From assembly GCA_023489235.1 (NCBI GenBank), contig JAMDDE010000076.1, positions 45,022 to 109,021 on the forward strand: a DNA stretch of 64,000 bases, read 5' to 3'. Under the pieces are notes generated by a model. The model saw nothing but the letters and a program-made list of their open reading frames with translations, ran no database searches and was not told where the DNA came from. The translations under genes and the position numbers were made by a program. The DNA comes from Actinomycetota bacterium. Lineage in GTDB: Bacteria > Actinomycetota > Acidimicrobiia > Acidimicrobiales > JAMDDE01. Shown one piece after another: positions 18,458 to 27,060 of this stretch (position 1 is its first letter; every line of letters starts with the position of its first letter).

Positions 18458-20556
18458 CCAGTGATCCTTCTCTGAGACTCTGTCAAGCCTTTCGCATAAG
18501 AGGCCTAGAGGCATCTTCTAGAGTGGTATTCGGCCCTCACGAAACCAATCTCGGAGAGGAGCGGAGATTCTCGCAAAGGCACGTAGCGTACTATCGCAGA
18601 CGTGCTGCAGGTGGAGCAGGTATCATTGTCACCGAAGAAGCGGCTGTGAATCCCAGTGACTGGCCCTACGAGCGCTCCCCTTTAGCTAGCCTGTGCGAAC
18701 GAGGGTGGAGACAGATCGCCCGTGCAGTGCACTCCGAGGGAGCATTGGCCATAGCTGCTCTCGGTCATAGTGGGGGGCAGGGAAGTTCAGCATACTCTCA
18801 AACAGCCCTACTTGCTCCATCGAGAGTGCCTGAGGTGGTAAGCCGGGAGATTCCCAAGGCCATGGAGTCAAGGGATATAGAATCAACCATCAACTCCTTC
18901 GCACGTTCCGCAATATCTGCAATAACGGCAGGCATGGATGGAGTTGAAATCAATGCTGGTCAGTACAGCCTGGTAAGGCAGTTCTTGTCTGGGCTGACCA
19001 ATCACCGAGGCGATGCTTACGGTAGCAATCGTCTTCTATTTCTCAAAGAAATTCTCCAAGCCATTCGGAGCAGAACGCCAAATGCTATCCTTGGGCTTCG
19101 CCTTTGCATAGATGAACTGGCTCCATGGGCTGGCATTACTCCAGAGATAGCGGTGGAATACATCCTCGGACTGGCCAATTCGATCGACTACATCACTTTG
19201 GTACGAGGATCCATCTACAGTGCTTGGGCAACTCGACCGGACTCGCATGTGGAACCAGGATTCAATCTCCCAGCAACTCGGATGATCAAGGAAGCATTGA
19301 AAGCTCATGACCTCTCGGTAACTCTCATTGCCCAAGGTTCCCTAGTGGACCCTCGCCAGGCCGAAGATGCTATTGCCGATGGGGTTGTAGACGCAGTGGA
19401 GATGACTCGCGCTCAGATTGCAGAGCCCGACTTGGTCAGCCTCCTCAGGTTGCACGGCCTTCGAGCTCGATACCGTCCTTGTATTCTTTGCAACCAAAAC
19501 TGTCAGGTTCGAGATCCTCGTAATCCCGTCATAGGATGCATCGGCAATCCTGAAGCAGGATATGAAGGCGCAGATGAGCTTCCGGGAAACTTTCTCGACA
19601 CCAAGCCCCTCTCCAAGGTTTTTGACGATCAGCCAGAGAATGAGGATAGCAGCAGAGAACCAACTGGGACTGAAAGGTCTGATAGAGCTGGATTCCGAGA
19701 GTCACGGTCGTCTCCTCCCGTAATAGTCATAGGTGGAGGACCCGCCGGTCTGGAGTGCGCTCGTACCGCTGCAACAAGGGGATTCCATGTGCAACTCTAC
19801 GAACGTTCCCACAGGTTGGGAGGGGCATTACGATTCATCTCCAATGCCGATGGCAAGCAACGTTTCTCTCTTTTGGCCGACTGGCTAGAGGGCGAATGCA
19901 TGAGCTTGGGCGTAGAGGTGATACTTGGAGTTGAGGCGACTCCTGAGCACCTGAGTGCTCCATCCCGTGCTGTTGTCATCTGCACTGGTTCTCGACCAGG
20001 AAGACTGACATTCCCCATTTCAGCTGATGGAGTCGTGATCGATCCAGCTGAGGCATTGAACAACATCGGTAGTATCGGAGTTCCAGATGGATCTCACCTA
20101 GTAGCATGGGATCCACTGGGAGGCTATCTGGTCCTTCCTCTGGTGGAGACATTGGCTCGACGGGGATACGAGCTCACTGTAGTTACGCCCGATCTAATCG
20201 TAGGTACTCAGTTGTCTAGAACCGGTGATCTCGTTCCCCTTCAGTCGCGTCTAGCTCACTTGGACGTACGTATGCTCAAGCACCATCGGATACGTGAGGT
20301 ATCAGCTGACGAGGTTGTAGTAGAGGACATCTTCACTAATAGAAGGTCGTCCATCTCTGCTGCTGGGATAATCAACGGGGGCCCCCGTTTACCCGATACC
20401 GATCTGTGGAATGCCACCAATCGCAGCTACGACCGTATTGGGGATGCCCTCGCTCCTCGCAGCATAGCTGAAGCTATATACGAAGGACGTCGTAAGGCGC
20501 TCGAACTGCCACTTTCTATATCTACTATCGGAAGCACCGTATCATCTGGAAGTTAA
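18454..20556 (+). CDS. FadH/OYE-family flavoprotein (2,4-dienoyl-CoA-reductase-like), mycofactocin-system type, copy 1
   Basis: An N-terminal OYE TIM barrel, the 4Fe-4S motif CILCNQNCQV..GCIGNP, and a C-terminal dinucleotide fold VIVIGGGPAGLECA. GTG at 18454 overlaps the mftC stop (GTGA); the track start is TTG at 18445. Confidence 0.72.
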   Translation: MTSDPSLRLCQAFRIRGLEASSRVVFGPHETNLGEERRFSQRHVAYYRRRAAGGAGIIVTEEAAVNPSDWPYERSPLASLCERGWRQIARAVHSEGALAIAALGHSGGQGSSAYSQTALLAPSRVPEVVSREIPKAMESRDIESTINSFARSAISAITAGMDGVEINAGQYSLVRQFLSGLTNHRGDAYGSNRLLFLKEILQAIRSRTPNAILGLRLCIDELAPWAGITPEIAVEYILGLANSIDYITLVRGSIYSAWATRPDSHVEPGFNLPATRMIKEALKAHDLSVTLIAQGSLVDPRQAEDAIADGVVDAVEMTRAQIAEPDLVSLLRLHGLRARYRPCILCNQNCQVRDPRNPVIGCIGNPEAGYEGADELPGNFLDTKPLSKVFDDQPENEDSSREPTGTERSDRAGFRESRSSPPVIVIGGGPAGLECARTAATRGFHVQLYERSHRLGGALRFISNADGKQRFSLLADWLEGECMSLGVEVILGVEATPEHLSAPSRAVVICTGSRPGRLTFPISADGVVIDPAEALNNIGSIGVPDGSHLVAWDPLGGYLVLPLVETLARRGYELTVVTPDLIVGTQLSRTGDLVPLQSRLAHLDVRMLKHHRIREVSADEVVVEDIFTNRRSSISAAGIINGGPRLPDTDLWNATNRSYDRIGDALAPRSIAEAIYEGRRKALELPLSISTIGSTVSSGS

Positions 20557-22679
20557 TGACCATGTCACGATATCCCATTTTGTTCTCACCAATACGCCTT
20601 GGTCCGGTTAAGGTCGAAAATCGAATCGTCTTCTCTGCACATCTGACCAACTACGCCTCCAATGGGTTGCCTACAGCTCAGCATGCTGCTTACTATGCCT
20701 CTAGAGCTAGAGGGGGCGCGGGACTCATCATTACTGAAGAACACTCGGTGCATCCTACTGATTGGCCCTACGAGAAGATGATCCATGCTTGGAAGCCAGA
20801 GGTCGTATCCGGCTACCGCCTTATCACCGATGCAGTTCACCAATACGGCACCCCCATATTTGCTCAAATCAACCATAATGGCGGGCAAGGCAGTGGCATG
20901 TATTCACGACTGCCTCTATGGGCACCTTCCCCTGTCGCCGACCCTCTTTTCAGGGAGGTTCCCCTTGAGATAGATGAAGAGAAAATTGAGGAAGTTATCG
21001 CTTCTTACGCCGATGTTGCCCTCCGGTGTAAACAGGGAGGTTTCGATGGAGTGGAACTACAGTGTTCTCACTCCTCAATAGTCAGGCAATTTCTCTCCCC
21101 TGCTACTAATTTGCGCTCCGACCAATACGGAGGCGACCTCGAGAATAGAGCCAGATTGTTATTGGAAATAACCGAAGCAGTTCGGCATGCAGTTGGAGAA
21201 GAAATGGCCATCGGAGTACGACTGTGTGGAGACGAACTCATCGAGGGTGGAACGGGCATAACAGAGGCTGTAGAAGTAGCCAAGATGATCGAGCAACAAG
21301 GTGTAGTGGACTACATAAACACCTCGATAGGAGTAGCTACAGCCACGCTATTCACCATTGAAGCTTCCATGCAGTTCCCTCCTGGGTATGCCCTTTTCAT
21401 TCCTAGTGCCATCAGATACGCCACCAACCTTCCTGTCGTTGGCGTTGGGCGTATCAAGGATCCACAACAAGCAGAGAAAGCACTTTCCGAAGGTTACTGT
21501 GACTTAGTAGGGATGGTGCGAGCTCAGATAGCCGACCCAGACTTTGCTAACAAGGCAGCGAACGGTACCCCAGAGAAGATCAGGCTATGCCTCTCTTGCA
21601 ACCAAGAGTGCGTTGGAAGAATGGGGTTGAATCGTTGGTTGGGCTGCATCGAGAATCCTCGAACAGGCAAGGAAAGCCATTTGCCGCCTCGTCCTGCTCG
21701 TACCCGTAAAAGAGTTCTCGTCATAGGAGCAGGGCCTGGAGGACTTCAAACAGCCATAGCCGCATCTTCAAGAGGGCATGAGGTTCTGGTTCTAGAGGCT
21801 ACCCCCCATCCAGGAGGACAGATACGCTTAGCAGCAAGCATTCCGCACAGAGCAGAGCTCTTCGATCTTGTTCGCAATCAGATGAATACCATCGCCGAAC
21901 TGGGGGTGAAGATCCTCTATGAGACACCAGGTACTCTGAGGAGCATAAAGGAGATCGATCCTTCGGTTGTTGTAGTAGCCACCGGATCTATTCCACAAAG
22001 ACCATCTTGGCTTCCTGCTCATCTCTACTTTCAAGATCATATTCAAGCTGGTTCGGCAACTTCCTTGTCACATCCCCACCCAGTTACCACTTTCAGTGAG
22101 CAACAATTACCAGGGGTCAGGGAGCTCTATCCGCCTTCATCCGGTGGGCCGGACAAGTTAGATGCTGATAGTGTCGAAGAGCCGATCATGGCAAGTAGAA
22201 CAGTTGCAGTGGATGTCCGCCATGTACTAGAAGGTATGGCTACTCCAAGAGGTCGTGTCGTGATAGTGGACGATCTCGGTTTTCATCAAGCAACCAGCGT
22301 TGCTGAACTCCTTGCCGATCGAGGGTGCTCAGTTACGGTTACGACATCTGCCATGATAGTTGGGCAGGACTTAGGGATCACGCTAGACCTGGAAGGCTGG
22401 AATATGAGAGCAGCTGCCAAAGGCATCACTCAACTCACAGAGCTGGTTCCCGAAGGGATATCCGAAGGAGAGATCGTTTTCTTGCATCATCCAAGTGGGA
22501 ACAGACTAGTTCTTCCTGCAGATTGGGTAGTTCTTGCTGTTCCACCAGAACCAAGTGAGAGCCTTTACTTCGAACTGATAGAGGAAGGTATCGAAACCTA
22601 TAGGGTAGGTGATGCAGTAGCTCCTCGAAAAGCCCACGCAGCAGTTCTCGAAGGCAATGCCGTGGGAGAGATGTTGTAG
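20556..22679 (+). CDS. FadH/OYE-family flavoprotein, mycofactocin-system type, copy 2
   Basis: Same architecture as copy 1: GLIITEEHSVHP, CLSCNQECVG..GCIENP and VLVIGAGPGGLQTA. Its ATG overlaps the upstream stop (TAATG). Confidence 0.72.
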   Translation: MTMSRYPILFSPIRLGPVKVENRIVFSAHLTNYASNGLPTAQHAAYYASRARGGAGLIITEEHSVHPTDWPYEKMIHAWKPEVVSGYRLITDAVHQYGTPIFAQINHNGGQGSGMYSRLPLWAPSPVADPLFREVPLEIDEEKIEEVIASYADVALRCKQGGFDGVELQCSHSSIVRQFLSPATNLRSDQYGGDLENRARLLLEITEAVRHAVGEEMAIGVRLCGDELIEGGTGITEAVEVAKMIEQQGVVDYINTSIGVATATLFTIEASMQFPPGYALFIPSAIRYATNLPVVGVGRIKDPQQAEKALSEGYCDLVGMVRAQIADPDFANKAANGTPEKIRLCLSCNQECVGRMGLNRWLGCIENPRTGKESHLPPRPARTRKRVLVIGAGPGGLQTAIAASSRGHEVLVLEATPHPGGQIRLAASIPHRAELFDLVRNQMNTIAELGVKILYETPGTLRSIKEIDPSVVVVATGSIPQRPSWLPAHLYFQDHIQAGSATSLSHPHPVTTFSEQQLPGVRELYPPSSGGPDKLDADSVEEPIMASRTVAVDVRHVLEGMATPRGRVVIVDDLGFHQATSVAELLADRGCSVTVTTSAMIVGQDLGITLDLEGWNMRAAAKGITQLTELVPEGISEGEIVFLHHPSGNRLVLPADWVVLAVPPEPSESLYFELIEEGIETYRVGDAVAPRKAHAAVLEGNAVGEML

Positions 22680-22683
22680 AGCC

Positions 22684-23649
22684 ATGGACAAGGGAACGAT
22701 AGCAGTCATACCTGTAAGAAAAGGGTTTGCTGATAACACGGTGAGCGAGGCCATTGCTGAGGCTGGCGGTAGAGCTATCCTGATTGGCGAGGAAACGGAG
22801 AGAGCAGCCTCTTTCCTTGAGACACCTTCCCTGCAGCTGCTTTGTCTGGAAGCTGTTGCTTTCTCCCCCGCAAGGTGGTCACTGTTGCTGAGAAGTTACC
22901 TTGAAGAACAGGATCTGGTGATCATTCCTGCTACTCCAGACGGTAGAGACCTGGCTCCACGTATTGCATACGAACTTAAATGGCCACTGATCACCGGAGC
23001 TATAAAGGTAGGTCCTGGATATGCTTATACCGTCCGTCATCCCCGAGAAACAATGTTGGAGTACCGTTTCGATCGACCAGTCGTAGTCACTATTCTGCCT
23101 GGCGCAAGAGGGCTTGAACCTCTACCGTCAGGGGCGGGCCATCCAAGTATCACTGTGTCGGACTCCACAATCGCTACCGAGTCATCAGAGGAAGGGTCAG
23201 ACGCGCTAGTACTGGACATACTGTCCAGTACACCAGGTGAGCTCAACTTGACAGAGGCTGAAAAAATTATTGCTGGCGGAGCAGGATTGGGAAGCAAGGA
23301 CGCTTTCGAGCTTCTCGAATTGCTTGCCGCTCGATTAGGTGCAGCAGCTGGAGCAACCAGAGTGGCTACGGATGCAGGGTGGTTGTCACATGATCGCCAA
23401 ATAGGCAGTACCGGTGTTACCGTAAGGCCATATTGGTACGTAGCACTAGGCATCTCTGGCGCCAGCCAACATCTAGCTGGGGTAGTTGACCCTGAACATG
23501 TAGCTGCAGTGAATCTGGATCCTAGTTGCCCCATGATGGCCCTGGCAGAATTGCCCATAGTAACCGATGCGCCAAAGGTTCTCGATGAGATGGTCAAAAT
23601 GCTTTCAGCCAACCGTCTCTCGACTGAGTTCATGAATCAACAGGTATAG
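22684..23649 (+). CDS. etfA: Electron transfer flavoprotein alpha subunit (EtfA/FixB-like)
   Basis: IIAGGAGLGSKDAFELLELLAARLGAAAGATRVATDAGW..QIGSTGVTVRP..YVALGISGASQH is the C-terminal FAD-binding signature. The ATG at 22684 lies 5 nt after the upstream stop. Confidence 0.82.
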   Translation: MDKGTIAVIPVRKGFADNTVSEAIAEAGGRAILIGEETERAASFLETPSLQLLCLEAVAFSPARWSLLLRSYLEEQDLVIIPATPDGRDLAPRIAYELKWPLITGAIKVGPGYAYTVRHPRETMLEYRFDRPVVVTILPGARGLEPLPSGAGHPSITVSDSTIATESSEEGSDALVLDILSSTPGELNLTEAEKIIAGGAGLGSKDAFELLELLAARLGAAAGATRVATDAGWLSHDRQIGSTGVTVRPYWYVALGISGASQHLAGVVDPEHVAAVNLDPSCPMMALAELPIVTDAPKVLDEMVKMLSANRLSTEFMNQQV

Positions 23650-23661
23650 GAGAGTCGCCAG

Positions 23662-24963
23662 GTGAGCGTGACCACTCAAGCAGTCGTTGTCGGTGCTGGG
23701 CCTGCGGGTTCAGCGGCAGCATTAGTGCTTGCTCGAGCTGGTTTCGAGGTAATCCTGTTGGAACGAGGTCCCTATCCAGGATCCAAGAACGTATACGGTG
23801 GAGTAGTTTACGGACGCATCCTCGATGAGTTGATACCGCAGTGGTGGGAGAACGCTCCTATCCAAAGATGGATCACTCGTAGATCCACTATGGTGTTGAC
23901 TGATTCTCAAGCGCTGAGCGTGGACTTTCGAACACAACATTGGAAGAGGCAGCCGTTCAATGGTGCAACTGCCTACAGATCAGAGTTTGATCCGTGGTTG
24001 GCCCATCAGGCAGAAAAAGATGGTGCCAAACTGCTTTGCTCTACTACTGCCGTTGGTCTTCTCAAGGAGAACGGGAAAGTAGTTGGTGTCCGCACTGACA
24101 GGCCAAATGGTGATCTTTACGCAAAGCTGGTGGTGGCGTGTGACGGGGTCAATTCATTGTTAGCAAAAGAAGCTGGCCTCTATGAAGATCTCGATGAAAG
24201 CAACTTCACCCTGGGCGTAAAGGAAGTCTGGCACCTAGGGAAGAAAGAGATAGACAGTCGCTTCGGCCTGAGTACAAATGAAGGGGTTGACATAGAGATA
24301 CTGGGAGGTACCAGCCCCATAGCTGGAGGAGGTTTTATATACACGAACTTGGATACCCTTGCGATTGGTGCAGTCCTTCGTTTGACGGATCTTGCTGCCT
24401 CTCGTAAACGGCCGGAGGAAATCGTAGCGAAGCTCCGTTCTCATCCTGCTATCGCTCCATGGTTCATTGGGAGCCACCTTGTAGAGTACTCTGCTCACTT
24501 GATACCTGAGGGAGGATATCACTCCATGCCCAGGCTGGTTGCTGATGGTCTACTCGTAGCTGGTGATGCAGCAGGGATGTGCTTGGCCACAGGTGTATGG
24601 CTGGAGGGGATCAACTACGCTATTGGCTCTGGAGCTATAGCAGGAAAGGTAGCTGCGGCTGCTCTGGCGCGAGGCGACTACTCTTCCTCCATGCTCTCGA
24701 AGTATGAATCCGAGTTGCACCATAGCTTCGTCATGAAGAACCACAAGAGGCTTCGTCACCTTCCTCATCTGGTCTTGTCAGAGCGGCTGCAATCACGTTA
24801 TCCCCAAGTACTCTGTAACGTAGTTGACAACATGTTCACGGTACGCGATCCACTTCCCAAACCGCGACTTTCTCAGCTGGTACGAGCAGAGTTGAAGAAA
24901 GCAGGAGTGCGGGGCACAGAGGTGCTCGCCGACCTTCTAAGTATTCTCCGGGATCTCCAATGA
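23662..24963 (+). CDS. fixC: FAD-dependent ETF:quinone-type oxidoreductase FixC
   Basis: VVVGAGPAGSAAALVLARAG..ERGPYPGSKNVYGG, a size of 433 aa, and location next to a FixX-type ferredoxin. Confidence 0.82.
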   Translation: MSVTTQAVVVGAGPAGSAAALVLARAGFEVILLERGPYPGSKNVYGGVVYGRILDELIPQWWENAPIQRWITRRSTMVLTDSQALSVDFRTQHWKRQPFNGATAYRSEFDPWLAHQAEKDGAKLLCSTTAVGLLKENGKVVGVRTDRPNGDLYAKLVVACDGVNSLLAKEAGLYEDLDESNFTLGVKEVWHLGKKEIDSRFGLSTNEGVDIEILGGTSPIAGGGFIYTNLDTLAIGAVLRLTDLAASRKRPEEIVAKLRSHPAIAPWFIGSHLVEYSAHLIPEGGYHSMPRLVADGLLVAGDAAGMCLATGVWLEGINYAIGSGAIAGKVAAAALARGDYSSSMLSKYESELHHSFVMKNHKRLRHLPHLVLSERLQSRYPQVLCNVVDNMFTVRDPLPKPRLSQLVRAELKKAGVRGTEVLADLLSILRDLQ

Positions 24964-25042
24964 CCTCGATGAAAAAGACCCACGCTCGCCGTTACCTCAA
25001 GCTCTCACACCAGATCCGTCTACAGTACCAGAGGGATCTCCA

Positions 25043-25498
25043 ATGAAAAAAGCCTACGCTCGCCGTTACCCTTCGGTAAAGAGTAGTCTTAGCAAACACA
25101 ACTCGACGAGACGCAATGAACCAACATATAACAGGTCATTGTTATATGACAGACCACTACCCTACGAAGAACTTGACTGGGCAGAGAGTTCCCCACTACC
25201 AAACGATCAGCTGTTGCATCCAGTTGCCTTCGAGGATCGTATGAACAGCGTACGCTTCGTCGTGCACGAACGCCCCCACATCACCATAGACAACGATGCT
25301 TGTAGGGGATGCACCACTAAAGCATGCGTGACTGCTTGCCCGGCAGGCCTATTTGTGCCTACAGCAGACGGTGGCATCCTCTTCAACTACGAGCAGTGCT
25401 TCGAATGCGGGACGTGCTACATGGTCTGCAACAACAAAGGAGCAATTAACTGGAATTACCCTATAGGGGGGTATGGAGTGGAGTTCCGATATGCCTGA
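25043..25498 (+). CDS. fixX: FixX-type ferredoxin-like protein with an unusual basic N-terminal extension of about 55 aa
   Basis: The C-terminal ~95 aa align by eye to FixX: RPHITID..CRGCTTKACVTACPAG..CFECGTCYMVC..GGYGVEFRY. The true start is uncertain. Confidence 0.75.
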   Translation: MKKAYARRYPSVKSSLSKHNSTRRNEPTYNRSLLYDRPLPYEELDWAESSPLPNDQLLHPVAFEDRMNSVRFVVHERPHITIDNDACRGCTTKACVTACPAGLFVPTADGGILFNYEQCFECGTCYMVCNNKGAINWNYPIGGYGVEFRYA

Positions 25499-26450
25499 CC
25501 ACGCTAAACTCCTAAGAACCTTGGGAACAGAAACCTCTTGCTTGACCATAGGAGTAGCCATGAAAGGGGATGAAACGGCTACGATGAACTATCCTCTCAC
25601 CGATAGTGGTGATCATACCAAGCGGCATGCAGCAATTCCTTTCTCCGATCAAGCAGCCTTGGAGGTTGCCCTTTCGCTCAAGAACGACCTAGGTGCCAAG
25701 GTGCTATGTTGTTCCGTCGGTTCCATACAAGTCAGATCCATGCTTTCTTCAACGTTAGCCCTCGGAGCCGACCAAGCTGTACTAATTATGAGCCCGAGCG
25801 GTCTCTCCAATGTGGAAATAGCAGCCAACCTTGCTGCTACCTTGGTCAATTGCTCTTTCGTGTTCTGTGGAAGCTCCAGTAATGATGCCCTCACCCCCGC
25901 AGTACCTGGACTGCTGGCAGCAATGCTCGAAGCCCAACAGGCTCTAGGTGTATCAACCATAACTGTAAGCTCTGGGAGTACCACAGCAGAAGCAAACAGC
26001 CAAGAGCACCAGACTGAAGACTCAGATGCTCCCGATCGTCCCCCTTCGCTTCTAGTAGAGCGAAAGTTTGCCCGTGGAAAACGTGAACTCCTCAGGTTGA
26101 CCCCTAGAGGAGTCATATCGGTGGATCCCTATGCGGCAAAGCTGCGCAGAGCCTCTCTGGATGCAGCTCTTGCCAGAAGTGAAGCGGAGGTGGTAGTGAG
26201 ACCAACTGTGTCCTTGCCCACTCAGTGGCAATCCATGGTGCTCCACCCAATTGGATCTTCTCCTTATCGACCACGGACCAAGCTCCTGCAAGGACCTGAT
26301 CAAAGTCTTCCTGTCCAAGAGCGCATCGCTGTGCTACTAACAGGAGGAAATCCTGCTAGACGAGCCGAGCCATTGTACTTGGATCCCAAATCAGCTGCCC
26401 AACTACTGCTTGAGACCATATCCGCTTGGGATCGGAGTGAACGAAGATGA
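25491..26450 (+). CDS. etfB: Electron transfer flavoprotein beta subunit (EtfB/FixA-like), divergent and long
   Basis: IPFSDQAALEVALSLKNDLGAKVLCCSVGS..LSSTLALGADQAVLI matches the EtfB core pattern. ATG at 25491 has a GGAG 7 nt upstream and overlaps the fixX stop by 8 nt. The track start is 25473. Confidence 0.7.
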   Translation: MPDHAKLLRTLGTETSCLTIGVAMKGDETATMNYPLTDSGDHTKRHAAIPFSDQAALEVALSLKNDLGAKVLCCSVGSIQVRSMLSSTLALGADQAVLIMSPSGLSNVEIAANLAATLVNCSFVFCGSSSNDALTPAVPGLLAAMLEAQQALGVSTITVSSGSTTAEANSQEHQTEDSDAPDRPPSLLVERKFARGKRELLRLTPRGVISVDPYAAKLRRASLDAALARSEAEVVVRPTVSLPTQWQSMVLHPIGSSPYRPRTKLLQGPDQSLPVQERIAVLLTGGNPARRAEPLYLDPKSAAQLLLETISAWDRSERR

Positions 26451-26522
26451 TCCTTCCGCATACCGCCCTCAACTCGTGTCCACTGGTCATCTCATGAGCG
26501 AACTTTCAAGTATGGTAAGTAG

Positions 26523-27047
26523 ATGAGTCGTCCAACCTCTCGCGTGCTGTTGAATACCGGAGATGGCAAAGGTAAATCCTCCGCAGCCTTCGGGGTAATG
26601 GTTAGAGCTTGGGCTAGAGGGTGGACCGTAGGCGTCGTGCAGTTCATCAAAAGCGAGAAATGGGTGGTAGGAGAGCGCAAGCTAGCCCGTCATCTAGACA
26701 TAAACTGGCACACCCTTGGGGATGGCTTCACATGGGAGTCGACTGATATCGACCACTCTGCTCAAATGGCTCGACATGCATTCGAAGTGGCTGCAGAGAT
26801 GTTGAAGAGTGGAAACTATGATCTTATAATCCTAGATGAGTTTACTTATCCCTTGACCTACGGCTGGATAGAGAAGGATGCAGCCATTCAAGCCATCAAA
26901 GGTCGCTCCCCGAAGACCAATGTTGTCATAACCGGACGTAATGCACCATTGGAGTTATTGGAACTAGCGGACACAGCCACGGAGATGCGCAAGTTGAAGC
27001 ATGCCTATGATCAAGGTATCCGGGCCAGAAAGGGCATAGAATACTGA
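26523..27047 (+). CDS. cobO: Cob(I)yrinic acid a,c-diamide adenosyltransferase
   Basis: LLNTGDGKGKSSAAFG..GVVQFIKS..LDEFTYP..VVITGR is a typical CobO/BtuR pattern. Confidence 0.9.
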   Translation: MSRPTSRVLLNTGDGKGKSSAAFGVMVRAWARGWTVGVVQFIKSEKWVVGERKLARHLDINWHTLGDGFTWESTDIDHSAQMARHAFEVAAEMLKSGNYDLIILDEFTYPLTYGWIEKDAAIQAIKGRSPKTNVVITGRNAPLELLELADTATEMRKLKHAYDQGIRARKGIEY

Positions 27048-27060
27048 GGCGCAGAATACA

